Below, piece by piece: positions 28,552-39,200 of a stretch of 64,000 nucleotides of DNA. Numbering within the stretch: position 1 is the first letter of the stretch; the number at the start of each line of letters is the position of its first letter. The DNA is from Chthoniobacteraceae bacterium. GTDB lineage: Bacteria; Verrucomicrobiota; Verrucomicrobiia; Chthoniobacterales; Chthoniobacteraceae. The notes under the pieces are model-generated. The model was given only the letters and a program-made list of their open reading frames with translations, was not told the DNA's origin and did not search any database. Position numbers and translations under genes: made by a program. Location: NCBI GenBank assembly GCA_031409335.1, contig JANNWY010000141.1, forward strand, positions 1 to 64,000. The letters run 5' to 3'.

Positions 28552-28600
28552 CAATCACAACCCGCCCGTGGACTCCCGGAAATTCGAATCGCACGGCGGA

Positions 28601-28717
28601 GGCAAGCGAGACGCTTGCGATACGGCACGCTGGAAGCGTGCGCTACGGTGTGCGGCGACTCGCGCAGCGACGTAGCGCGGGCGTCCGCGCCTGCCGTATC
28701 GCGAGCGTCCCGCTTGC
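28601..28717. repeat. Inverted pair of GTAG-type REP elements (REPIN-like)
   Basis: 28601-28646 reverse complement GTAGCGCACGCTTCCAGCGTGCCGTATCGCAAGCGTCTCGCTTGCC; 28672-28717 GTAGCGCGGGCGTCCGCGCCTGCCGTATCGCGAGCGTCCCGCTTGC; between convergent genes. Confidence 0.8.
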
Positions 28718-28752
28718 TTTCCTGGCGGTGGTCTCCGGGAGTTCCCTGAAGT

Positions 28753-31700
28753 TCACAGCACCCGCAGACGCAGCAATTGCTTGATTCCGCCGCTCATCGC
28801 AGTCGGCGCGCGCCAGGTTTCCGTCACGGTGCAGTCGGCGTTCGTGATGGAATTCACCAGCACGCAGGTCGCGGTCCAGCTTGCGAGATCGGTCGAATAC
28901 TGCGGCTGATACAGCAGGTCGCTCGTGTCGGCGCGTTTGGTGAAAGTGATCGTCAGATATTCGGCGGGCACGCCGAGGACGGAGATCGTCTGCCGCGCGG
29001 TCGCGGGGAGAATTCCCGCATTTGGCTGATTCGGATTTCCGAAAAGCGCGTACTCCACGCCATCCTTCACGCCATCGCTATCCGAGTCCGCCAGCGGATC
29101 CGTGATGCCCGCGAACCCGGCGGCCCACAGGGCGAACGAGTTCAAATCATCCGCGCCCGGCGTCCCGGTCGGCGCGTAGCTCGCGCGCCAGTTCGCAGCG
29201 GTGCCCGGCGGCAGAAGCGCACTCGGCTTTTGCAAAGTGAGCGTGCGTCCCGTGCCATCCGGCGCGGTCGGCCACGGCGCGACATCCATGTAAGTGAACG
29301 AAAGAATCTCCGTCCCCACGCCGTAGCTCAGCTTCACGAGTTCGCTGCCGTTGCTGAAATTATCCGTGGGAAAAGTGCCCGCGATGATTGCGTTGTGCGA
29401 AGTGCCCCAGCGCCTCTCGAACGCGGCCTGATTCTTCACCACGAGCGCAAAGCCGCCCGCCGGAATCGTGAAGCCCGCGGTGAAATCGAAGTCGATCCCT
29501 TTCGTGAAGCGCACGTCCGTGAGGTCGACGGTCTGCGCGCCGACATTTTTCAATTCGACCCACTCGAAGTCATCGCTGCTATATCCCGCCGCAAACTCCG
29601 CGGGCGTCACCGGCGCGGGGTTGTAATTCACTTCGCTCACCACGAGCGCGGATGTGTAGGCGCTGACATCCGGCACGCCCGCGATGAACTGCACAGGCGC
29701 GCTCCAGTGCGACCAGCGTCCGTTCGCATCCTTGTGCCGCACGCGCGCACGGTAGGTTTTACCCGGCTCGGCGCTGGCCAGCGGCACGCGCGTCGTCGCG
29801 GTGAAAGCGGGCAGTTCCGCCGAGGTCCACGCCTGCTGCACTTCGTATTTGCGCTTGTCGCCCGCGACGTAGCCGGGGATGCCGGGCGCGGAGATTTCGC
29901 CGATGCGCCACTGCATCGCGGTGAAAACCGTGCCGCCATTTCCAGCGGTCGCGGGTGAAAAGGCGGACGAGGTGAAATCGAGCGCATTCGCCGGAAAGCT
30001 GCCGGGACCGGCGTATGCGATCGCCGGTGTATTCGGGAATGCGAGGTCGGGCGTGGTCGGGTTCGCGTTGCAGTTGCCCCAGCCGCCGTAGAGCGATTCC
30101 CATTCGAGATGCTTGTAGCCGTAGCCAGCGGGATTGCCGTTGCTGCGCAGCCAGGGGCCGCCCGGCCAGGTGTTCGTCATGAAGTTCTTGAGGTAGTTCA
30201 TGCTGTCCTCGAACTGCGCGTACCCGCCGATGGCGTTCGGCAGCGTGCGCGTCCAGTTCGTGACTGGCGTGCCCGCGAGGCCGCCGCGCGCGTCGCTGAA
30301 CGGGCTGCGAAAGAAATTGTTTTTGTGGCTCGTCTGCCCGCCCGCGCCGCCGCCACCCTGCGTCCGCGGGTGATTGCCCCACAGCGCCTCGTCCGCGTCG
30401 GCCCACGTCAGCGGCAGGCCGGTCGGGTTCACCATCTGCGCGTACTCGTCGATAAGTTGCACGATCTGTCCGCCGCTCACCGAGTTGTCCGTCGCGAGCA
30501 GGTCGGACAATTCCCGCGCGCGATTGCGCAGCTCGATGGCGAGCGCCGTGTGCCGCGAAAGCAGCATCGACTGGCTCGACGCACCGGCCCACACCACGCC
30601 ATCCGCCAGCGTGCCGCCCCAGTGATGCGCGGGCAGCGACATCATATCGAGATCGTATGGGATAATGAGCCAGCGGTTATCCGTCGGGCGGTGGTAATAG
30701 CGGTAGTTGTCGCCAGGCCGCACATCCACATTTCCGCAGAAGCGGTTCAGCGCAAAAAACGTGGTGAACGTGTCGAGATCCATGTTCGCCCGGTACCACG
30801 CCTCGGTCTGTCCAGCGGCGACAGACGCATTGGTAAAAGCGTTCCAGTCACTCGTGTCGAGCGGCTGCGTCGGGCCTTGATGCTTCTTGTCCCCGCCGCC
30901 GCCCTCGATCGCATACACGTTGCCATCGGGCAGCGCACGCTCATCGAGGAAGTTTCCCTCCGTCGGCTCGAGCGCCATGTAGAGCCCCCAGAAATCCGTG
31001 TCATACTGGCCCGTGCCCGCCTCGTTCGCCCCGCGCACCACGCGCAAATGCAGATACGTCGTCCGCAGCGAAGCCATGCCCGCCAGTTCGTAAAGCCGGT
31101 AGCCGAGCGCCTCTTCGACGCCCGCCATTCCGCGATGCACGGCGGCCCACGGCGACGCGCACGCATCCACCGGGATCGAGTTCCAGTCCGCATTAAAATA
31201 CTTCCCCCAATCGTCGCGGATGCGCACATCGCGCGCGCGGTTGAAGAACAGCGCGAACTTGTTTTTCCCGCTCACATACGTCGAGCCGATGCCACGATTG
31301 TGATACTGGATGTGGTCGTACACTTTCCCCTCGTACACAAACGTGCCGAAAAATCGGACGCCGTTGGAGCCCGCGGTGTAGAGCATGTTGTCGTGGTCCG
31401 CCGCGTTCGTGATGATCTGCCACGTCTGCATCGTGTTCAGCAGCGCGGGCGTGAAAGCGTTCACCGTCCCGCGCGGAGCCGCGCCGCCGGGCAGCACCGC
31501 GCCGCTCCATGCGGGCACGCCATTGTACACGAAGTAGGCGAAGTTCGGCTGATCGTCGTCCGCGTACGGCACGGTGATCGCCGTCGTGCCGTCGCTCGCG
31601 GAAATGCGGTAGCGCACGAGGCGGCGGTTCGTTTGCAGCGGGGCGGGCAGCGTTGCGGAAAAAATGCCGTCGGCGGCGAGCACGTCGCCATCCGCGCCCG

Positions 31701-33021
31701 CGTCGTTCATCGCCACATTGGTCCACGTCGTCGCATACGCCGCATCGGTCTTGCGAATGTAGCTGCCGGGGTCCACGAGCTGATAGCCAAGCGTCGCACT
31801 CGCCACGCCCTGCGGATCGGTGATCCGCGCCGTGATGAGCACCGGCACGCCCGCAGCCGGCTGCTCCGGCGCGTGCGTGACCTGCCGGATTTGCGGTGGC
31901 GCGGTCGCGGAGAAAATGGAGTTTTGCGCACCCGGCGAACCGCCACTCGCGCCGGGGATCACGAGTTCCGCATCGAGCAGCAAATCGCCCGACGTAATGG
32001 ACGACTGGTGAAGCTGGATCGTGATCACATTTTCCCCCGCGACGAACTTCGACGCGGGAATGGTGAAGCTCGCGTAATTGGCCAGCCCCGCCGTCCCCGC
32101 CGTCGCATTCGGCGCGAGCGCCCCAGCGTAAGTGAACGGCGCGACCCACGTCGCGTTTTCCGCCGAGATGACCGTCGGCGTCGGATCGTCGTTCAGCCAC
32201 ATCACCGCGCCGTCGTCGCGGCGGATGTTGAAGACGAGCGCCGAGATTTGCGCCGGGGTGAACTTTTTTCGGAAATAATACGCGCGCGTTTTGTCCGCCG
32301 CATTTCCGCCAAAGCCGACCGTCGTGCCAAAGACCACGGGCGGAGTGAACGGTGTGGTCCCGATAAAACCCGCGGGCAGCGTGCAAGCCAGCCACTCCGT
32401 CGCCGCCGGGCTGCTGTCATCGAATCCGAGTTGTTTCCAAGTCGCGGGCGGCTCGCTGCGCGTCTCGCGATAGCGCCAGCCCGCCGCGCCGCGTGGGACG
32501 ACCGGCGTATCCGCCGTCACCACCGACGAGCGCCAGGAGCCGCCGAGCGTGTTGTCGAGCGAGGGATGAATCAGCTCCATGCTCTGCCCGCCGCCGCGCG
32601 CCGCCGTGGGCCACGGAAACCCGACGCCGTAATTCAGCTCATCGACAATCGCCGCGCCCGCATCCTTGAGCTGAAGCCGCTCGCCGCTGTTGCTGAGCTT
32701 CCCGATCCACGGCCCGAGCGGGGAAAAACTGTACCGCGTCAGAAACGCCGCCGGATCCTGCGCCACACAAAGAAAGCCGCCCGCCGGGATCGAAGTCGCC
32801 GCGGGAAAAACGTAGTCCACACCCTCCTCGATATGCCATCCGCTGATGTCCACCGGATTCGCTCCGGCATTGTGAAGCTCGATAAACTCGGTCCGCTTGG
32901 TCACATCGGCGGGATCGTAAAAGATTTCGTTGATGAGGACTTGAGCGCTGGAGTTGGCGGAGGAAATCACGAGCGCCAAAAGCGCGATGATCTGTATTTT
33001 GAGGGTGGGCACGGGGAACAT
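28753..33021 (-). CDS. Secreted lamin-tail-domain / CotH-kinase-family protein
   Basis: Signal peptide; LTD motifs VLINEIFY...EFIELHN and LVVSEVNY...EWVELKN; CotH-like RG..S..K, D....DNY, IPYDLD. Confidence 0.88.
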   Translation of the reverse strand: MFPVPTLKIQIIALLALVISSANSSAQVLINEIFYDPADVTKRTEFIELHNAGANPVDISGWHIEEGVDYVFPAATSIPAGGFLCVAQDPAAFLTRYSFSPLGPWIGKLSNSGERLQLKDAGAAIVDELNYGVGFPWPTAARGGGQSMELIHPSLDNTLGGSWRSSVVTADTPVVPRGAAGWRYRETRSEPPATWKQLGFDDSSPAATEWLACTLPAGFIGTTPFTPPVVFGTTVGFGGNAADKTRAYYFRKKFTPAQISALVFNIRRDDGAVMWLNDDPTPTVISAENATWVAPFTYAGALAPNATAGTAGLANYASFTIPASKFVAGENVITIQLHQSSITSGDLLLDAELVIPGASGGSPGAQNSIFSATAPPQIRQVTHAPEQPAAGVPVLITARITDPQGVASATLGYQLVDPGSYIRKTDAAYATTWTNVAMNDAGADGDVLAADGIFSATLPAPLQTNRRLVRYRISASDGTTAITVPYADDDQPNFAYFVYNGVPAWSGAVLPGGAAPRGTVNAFTPALLNTMQTWQIITNAADHDNMLYTAGSNGVRFFGTFVYEGKVYDHIQYHNRGIGSTYVSGKNKFALFFNRARDVRIRDDWGKYFNADWNSIPVDACASPWAAVHRGMAGVEEALGYRLYELAGMASLRTTYLHLRVVRGANEAGTGQYDTDFWGLYMALEPTEGNFLDERALPDGNVYAIEGGGGDKKHQGPTQPLDTSDWNAFTNASVAAGQTEAWYRANMDLDTFTTFFALNRFCGNVDVRPGDNYRYYHRPTDNRWLIIPYDLDMMSLPAHHWGGTLADGVVWAGASSQSMLLSRHTALAIELRNRARELSDLLATDNSVSGGQIVQLIDEYAQMVNPTGLPLTWADADEALWGNHPRTQGGGGAGGQTSHKNNFFRSPFSDARGGLAGTPVTNWTRTLPNAIGGYAQFEDSMNYLKNFMTNTWPGGPWLRSNGNPAGYGYKHLEWESLYGGWGNCNANPTTPDLAFPNTPAIAYAGPGSFPANALDFTSSAFSPATAGNGGTVFTAMQWRIGEISAPGIPGYVAGDKRKYEVQQAWTSAELPAFTATTRVPLASAEPGKTYRARVRHKDANGRWSHWSAPVQFIAGVPDVSAYTSALVVSEVNYNPAPVTPAEFAAGYSSDDFEWVELKNVGAQTVDLTDVRFTKGIDFDFTAGFTIPAGGFALVVKNQAAFERRWGTSHNAIIAGTFPTDNFSNGSELVKLSYGVGTEILSFTYMDVAPWPTAPDGTGRTLTLQKPSALLPPGTAANWRASYAPTGTPGADDLNSFALWAAGFAGITDPLADSDSDGVKDGVEYALFGNPNQPNAGILPATARQTISVLGVPAEYLTITFTKRADTSDLLYQPQYSTDLASWTATCVLVNSITNADCTVTETWRAPTAMSGGIKQLLRLRVL

Positions 33022-33273
33022 TGGTAACGGCAAACTTACGCGCAAACTTCCTCCGCGCAACGGCACGTGGCGTCCAGCGAGAGCCTGTCTTGTTCAATAC
33101 GGCCGCCAGCGCGTGACTCGGGTTTCACAAAATGAGCCATGATCGAACGGGCAAAAGTGTTTCCAAAAGCGAAGGGAACCGCGATACGGTGGCGAATTCA
33201 AAATGCCTGGCGGGTGAGCCGCTGGCTGCAAAATGCCTCGCTTCACCGCACCCATCAGCCCCTCCGCGTCCGC

Positions 33274-34125
33274 ATGATTCCAGACCTCATTTACGATGTG
33301 GGGATGAACAATGGCGATGACACCGCTTACTATCTCTCGCGCGGCTATCGAGTCATCGCCATCGAGGCCAATCCGATCCTAGCGGATGCAGGCGCGAAGC
33401 GCTTTGCGGCGGATGTTTCCGCAGGGCGGTTGAGGATTTTGAATGTAGGCGTGTCCGACAGGGAAGGGGAGTTTCCCTTTTGGATCTGCGAGACGAAGTC
33501 GGAGTGGAGTTCATTTCACCGCGAGATCGCTTCGCGCGACGACGCTCCACACCACGCGCTCACCATCCCATGCTTGCGTTTCGGAGCCATCCTGGCGGAA
33601 CACGGCATCCCGTTTTACCTGAAGATCGACATTGAGGGAAACGACATGCTTTGCCTCAGCGAGCTAACTGGTAGCGAACTTCCGAAATATGTTTCGCTGG
33701 AGGCGGCGAATGCCGATCCGATCGCGCATCTTGCCGGCCTCGGATACACGGCGTTCAAATGCATCAGTCAGCGAAATTTTCTACCCCTCGAAATACCGGC
33801 AACCGCCGGGCAAATTCGTTTCGAGAAAACGCTGGAGCGCCTTTACAGCCAGAATGTTTGGCTGCGCTGCTGGCGCCTGCTCGGTGGCAGGCGGCGCTGG
33901 ATCTCGCGGCTGGATGAATCCCGGACGCGCGGCGAGTGGAAATTTTCCTTCGGCAGCTCCGGGCCGTTCGGAGACGATCTCCCCGGTCGATGGCAGAGTG
34001 CGGATGAAATGAGCGCGACTTATGCGGCTTTTCAGGAACGCATCCATCGCGGCGAGCACAGTATTTTTTGGGACGACAAGGAGTATTCCTTCTGGGTGGA
34101 CCTGCACGCACGTCGCGAGGACTAG
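33274..34125 (+). CDS. FkbM-family methyltransferase
   Basis: IYDVGMNNGDD, VIAIEANP, YLKIDIEG. Confidence 0.88.
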   Translation: MIPDLIYDVGMNNGDDTAYYLSRGYRVIAIEANPILADAGAKRFAADVSAGRLRILNVGVSDREGEFPFWICETKSEWSSFHREIASRDDAPHHALTIPCLRFGAILAEHGIPFYLKIDIEGNDMLCLSELTGSELPKYVSLEAANADPIAHLAGLGYTAFKCISQRNFLPLEIPATAGQIRFEKTLERLYSQNVWLRCWRLLGGRRRWISRLDESRTRGEWKFSFGSSGPFGDDLPGRWQSADEMSATYAAFQERIHRGEHSIFWDDKEYSFWVDLHARRED

Positions 34126-34260
34126 CCGCGCGGGGTTCGCTTCACGCCTCGTGCCAAGCCAGCCATGGACGAGCTGCCTGAGAGCGGGCTGCCCGGCGGG
34201 GGAATTGTAAATTGACGCTAACACTTTTCCCCGGTTCACTCCGCGGTCTTTGCCCCGCCG

Positions 34261-35937
34261 ATGACAGATATCGCCTCCCGCCCGCACCTTAAAACTCCCG
34301 TCTGGCTCCGTATCGGCGGGCGGATATTGGCACCGTTACTGGTCGCCGTGATCCTGGTCTTCGCTTTCCATCGCGAAAATGAAAGACGTCCCCTCGACTT
34401 CTGGAGCATGAATGAAGACTACTCCAATGTCTGTCTGGCGCATGGGTTGAATCTTGATTTTTGGCTATCCTCTCCCGATCCCGCGGAAGGACGGAAACTT
34501 ACCGAACTCAATACCTTTCACCCAGGCTTTCCACTACAGGCAACCTCATGGGTCGCCTACCGCCTGTCCTGCATGGGAAAGGATTCCGATGCGCGAACCC
34601 GCTGCGCGGACACCTTTGCCGATCCATCGGCCTTTTGGCTGACGATCCGCCTGATGGCGATAGCAACTGGCATCATCTGCTCCGCATGGTGCGCACGCGC
34701 GGCTTCCAACCATGGCTTCTGCTACGCGATGGCGGTGGGCCTGTTTTACTTTTGCTACGACCCGGCTTGGGATTACTCGATCCGGCTGCTGGGCAATGAA
34801 TCCTTTGCACTCCCACTAGCCATTGCCGTGGCATGGGTGGCGGGCAGGAGTCTGACTGCCGTGGAAAACCATTCCGCTCTCAGGTGGTGGACGGGCTGGG
34901 GGGCGATGTGCGCCGTGTGCTGGCTGAACAAGTTGAATTACATCGCGTGGACTGCGGCTGCGTTACCCGCGTGGGTGCTCTACTTAGCGCTACGCCGTCC
35001 ATCGGTATTACAAATGGGTCAACGCATCCTTGGATTCTCCTTTGGCTTCATCGTTGCGGCGTTTGGCTTCGCAAGTCTCCTCTTGGGGAAGGGTGGCCTG
35101 AGTCAGATTGTTCGTTCGCACTTTGGGGTATTGACCCACTCCGGCAGCTACGGTGAGGGAGCCGCGCGGGTGGTGTCGGCCGATGCGCTCCAGACTGCGC
35201 TTCGTTCGTTGATGGAGTTCCGGTATTTTCTAGGTCTTGCGGGTGCGGTGTGTCTGATTTCCATCTGGATTGTGCTGTCATTGGTGAGGAGCGGGAAAGG
35301 CGCAAAGAGCAATGCCACTCTCATTGTCTATTTACTTGGTGCCGCCGGTCTATTCCTCGCCGCGACCCTGAAACACTACGGGCCGCATTACCTGGTTGCG
35401 GGTGTTCCCGCGGTAACATTGCTGATGCTTGGCATCGGCGGGCACATGAGTTCCAAGTTGCGCTGGCTGCTGAGTGCTGCCGTTGTCTTGGTTGCAGTGC
35501 ATAGCTATCGCCGTTACTCAGTGATCTCCGATGTCCGCTATCGCCAAACGGAGGAGATGAAGGCAAGCCTGCAAACCATCAGCGACCTAACCTCAAATCC
35601 AGGCAACAGCGTTTTGTGGGCTTATCGTCTTCCAGAACGTCGGTTTGGATTGGAATACACGCAGCTCCTGACGGAGATTCCGGAGATTGGCGATGTGATT
35701 GACGATCAATTCCCGGCTCAGGGTTTGGGATATTACTCATGGAAACCGACCATCCGTGTCGGGCGCGAAATGCTGTCTCTTGAAAAGGCTCCATGGAGAC
35801 ATGCTGTCTTCGATGCGAAACTCTACCGGCATTTTGTCGTCGTGCCGAACGCTGCTGCGCGGGGGTTCTTTGAAGGGAGTTGCAAGCGGATCATTGATCA
35901 GCCGAACCTCATTGTGTTCGAGCGGATTGCGGAGTGA
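34261..35937 (+). CDS. Polytopic membrane protein, possibly GT-C-type glycosyltransferase
   Basis: About 10 or more hydrophobic helices; NED, FHPG, NES, KLNY, PHY motifs; visibly more AT-rich than neighbours. Confidence 0.65.
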   Translation: MTDIASRPHLKTPVWLRIGGRILAPLLVAVILVFAFHRENERRPLDFWSMNEDYSNVCLAHGLNLDFWLSSPDPAEGRKLTELNTFHPGFPLQATSWVAYRLSCMGKDSDARTRCADTFADPSAFWLTIRLMAIATGIICSAWCARAASNHGFCYAMAVGLFYFCYDPAWDYSIRLLGNESFALPLAIAVAWVAGRSLTAVENHSALRWWTGWGAMCAVCWLNKLNYIAWTAAALPAWVLYLALRRPSVLQMGQRILGFSFGFIVAAFGFASLLLGKGGLSQIVRSHFGVLTHSGSYGEGAARVVSADALQTALRSLMEFRYFLGLAGAVCLISIWIVLSLVRSGKGAKSNATLIVYLLGAAGLFLAATLKHYGPHYLVAGVPAVTLLMLGIGGHMSSKLRWLLSAAVVLVAVHSYRRYSVISDVRYRQTEEMKASLQTISDLTSNPGNSVLWAYRLPERRFGLEYTQLLTEIPEIGDVIDDQFPAQGLGYYSWKPTIRVGREMLSLEKAPWRHAVFDAKLYRHFVVVPNAAARGFFEGSCKRIIDQPNLIVFERIAE

Positions 35938-36077
35938 ACGCCGGTCTGCGTTGAGCCAAGACATCGTGCTTTACGAAATCGCGGCTTCCTGAAAACATAC
36001 ACACGCTTTGGTTGAGGCTTTCTGGTGCAGAAAAGTGCCGGAGAACACGACGACATGGCCCTGCAGGAGATACTTTC

Positions 36078-36233
36078 ATGAAAACTCCACGACAGAAAAA
36101 AGCTGATGCAGCCCGCGATACGGAATCGAACAAGGCTGCGGAGAGACTCGCGCTTTTTCGCATCCAGCGCGGACTCGATCCACTCGCGCCGAAGCAGGAT
36201 GCGGGAAAGCCGCGTGCGCGGAAAGCGAAGTAG
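36078..36233 (+). CDS. Small basic protein (51 aa)
   Basis: AGGAGA RBS 7 nt upstream; MKTPRQKK...KAAERLALFRIQRGL...; similar to the N-terminus of the next gene. Confidence 0.6.
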   Translation: MKTPRQKKADAARDTESNKAAERLALFRIQRGLDPLAPKQDAGKPRARKAK

Positions 36234-36286
36234 AAATTTCGACTCGTCAAATTTAGCCGCAGTAAAACTCAAACCGAAAGGCCACC

Positions 36287-39200
36287 ATGCAAACTCCGAC
36301 GCAAGGCATCAAGAAAGGCAGCAGCACGAAGGGCAAATCCAGGGCGCCATCGCGTCCGCCAAAACCACCGGGCGGTAAAGCACTTGCCCGGCTGCGTCTG
36401 TTTGGGGATCAGCGCGGTTTTCCCGCGGAGGCCGCGCCCGCGCCGAAATCGAATCGCGGCAAACGTGGCGGAGCCGCGGCGCACACGGCGGCGGCTGGCA
36501 TTCCGAAAAACGCGAAGGCGCGCACGTGCAAAAGCATTGGCGATGCGTATCTCGCGGCATTCACGATGCGCACGCAGGCACGGCCCGCGGGGACTCGTGC
36601 GGCGGCGGTTGCCGTGACGACAGGCTGGCGTCCCCTCGGGCCGTTTAGCATTCCGCATGGGCAAACTTACGGCAGCGGGCCGCAGAGTCGGCCATCGGTC
36701 GCGGGCCGCATTTCCACGATCGCGGTCGATCCTTCCGATGCGCAGCACATCCTGATCGGTTCGGCGGCGGGCGGTGTGTGGGAAACGCGCGATCTTGGCG
36801 CGGCGTGGTCGCCGCGGACGGACAACCAGCCTTCGCTCGCCACTGGCGCGATCGCGTTTGATCCGCAGAATCCTGCGGTCGTTTACGCAGGAACGGGCGA
36901 GGGGGATTTTTACTCAAATCTGGGCGTCGGACTTTTGCGATCGGTCGATGGCGGGACGACGTGGACGCTCCATGCGACCGCGCCGTTCGTCGGGCAGGGT
37001 TTTCATAAAATCATCGTCGATCCGCAGGACGGAAACCGGCTGTATGCCGCGACCACTGGCGGGCTTTTCCGTTCGCTCGATGGCGGCGCGACGTGGTCCG
37101 CGCGCCGCGGCGCTTCGACTTGGGACATCTCGCTGCGCACGCCGACTGCGGGCTCGACGCCGCAGACCGGCGGACTTTTCGCGGCGTGTACGGACGGCCT
37201 TTTCCGCTCCACGAATGGCGGTACATCGTGGACCGCGGTGACGCTGCCCGGTTCGGCGGGCGGCTTCAATCGGCTCGCGTGCCGGCAGGCTCCATCGAAT
37301 ACCGGGATCGTGTATGCGTTCGGCGCGCTTTCCTCCGATGAGGGAAAACTCTGGCGTCGCGGCAGCTTCAGCGGCTCGTTCGTTTCGGTAAATCTTCCGC
37401 CCGATTTGCAGACCGGCCAGGCGTGGTACGATTGGTTCCTCGAAGTCGCGCCAAACAATCCCGACGTAGTGTATCTCGGCGCGATCAATGTGCATCGCGG
37501 GGTGCGCGGCGCGAACGGCACCTTCACCTGGACGAATATTTCCGCGCGCAGCAGCGGCCCGTCGATCCATCCCGATCAGCACGCGATGACGTTTGCGCCG
37601 AACGATCCGAACGTGATCTACATCGGCAACGACGGCGGCATCTATCGCTCGCCCGATGCCGGCGCGAGTTGGAAGCCGCTGAATCGCGGACTGAGCATCA
37701 CGGAATTTGAATACCTCGCGCAACATCCGCAGCACGAGGCGTGGCTGCTCGGCGGCACGCAGGACAATGGCACGCTGCGCTTCGAGGGCGAGGAGCTGTG
37801 GTTTCATGTGCAGGACGGCGACGGCGGCGATGTCGGCATCAACAACGGCTCGCCGTACACGTGCTACCACACCTTCTTCAACATGGGTATGGAACGCTCG
37901 ACGACGGGCGGCGGCTGGGGCTCGTGGAGTTACATCGGGCCGAATGTCGCGGACAGTTATGCGTCGCTGTTTTATCCGCCGGTCGAGGTGAATGGCAGCG
38001 TCGTCGCGCAGGCTGGCGCGACGGTTTTTGTGTCATCGAACAACGGCAATTCGTTCTTTGAAGCGACGCTGCCCGCAGCGCAGGGCATCGCCAGTGCGAT
38101 GGCGAGTGCGTCCTCCACGCGCATCCTCGTCGGCACCACGGCGGGTGAAATCTATCGCGTGGATCGCGTCGGCGGCTTCTGGATCAATGGCGTGCGCCTC
38201 GGTCGTCCGCTGGCTGGATTCATCAGCGATCTCATCGTCGATCCGACGAATCCGAATCGGTGCTGGCTGACGTGCTCGCGCTTTGGCCTGCCGCACGTCA
38301 TGCGTTCCGATGATGCGGGCGTGACTTGGGTGAATGTGAGCGCGGGTCTGCCGAACATTCCGTTCAACGCGATCGAACTCGATCCCGCCAACCCGCAAAT
38401 CGTGTACGCCGCCGCCGATGTCGGCGTGTTTCGCTCGCCCGATTCGGGCGCAACGTGGATGCCGTTCAGCAATCTGCTGCCGAACTCGATCGTCTCCGAT
38501 CTCTTATTCCACGGGCCTTCGCGGCTGCTGCGCTGCGCGACAAAAAATCGCGGCGTGTGGGAAATCCCCGTCGATCCCGCCACCGTCCCCGACGTGGAAA
38601 TCTATCTGCGCGACAGCGCCGTGGACACGGGCCGTCTCAGCCCGTCGCCATCTGGCGTGCCCGATCCTTTCAACAAAGGCTCGGACACTTACTGGTGGCA
38701 GAGCCCGGACATCAAAGTCGATTCGCCGAGCTTTCAGCGGCCTTCGCTGAACGACATTCATTTCGAGATTTTCGAGGACGACCACGGCCTCGTGCCCGCG
38801 GGCCTCTTTCACGAAAATCCGCAGCGCGGTCGCACCGTCCGCGTGTATGTGCAGATCCACAATCGCGGTCGTAAGGCGGCGACAAATGTGGCGGTGAAAA
38901 CGTTCTTCACCGACGCATCACTCGGCCTGCCGGATTTGCCGACAGCGTTCTGGACGAATTTTCCGGCCAACACGCTGCCGTCGAGTTCGCCGTGGAAAGT
39001 CGTCGCGCCGCATGTCGTGGTGCCGAGCCTTGGCGCGGGCGAGGCGCGCATCGTCGCGTTTGAATGGGCCGTGCCGCAGACCGCCGCGAATCACACGTGC
39101 CTGCTTTCGGTCATCAGCGCGGACAACGATTCCATCGCGACGACGCAGCGAAACATCGCGGCGCTCGTGACCGGCGAGAAACGGTGCGGACTGAAAAATC

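Noticed and set aside
26608..28554. Apparent 648-aa and 626-aa fusion ORFs on opposite strands
   Set aside because: Each is one real gene (MDR or CDF) plus an open antisense frame of the other.
30109..33027. 972-aa plus-strand ORF
   Set aside because: Arg-rich antisense shadow of the CotH gene with no domain motifs.
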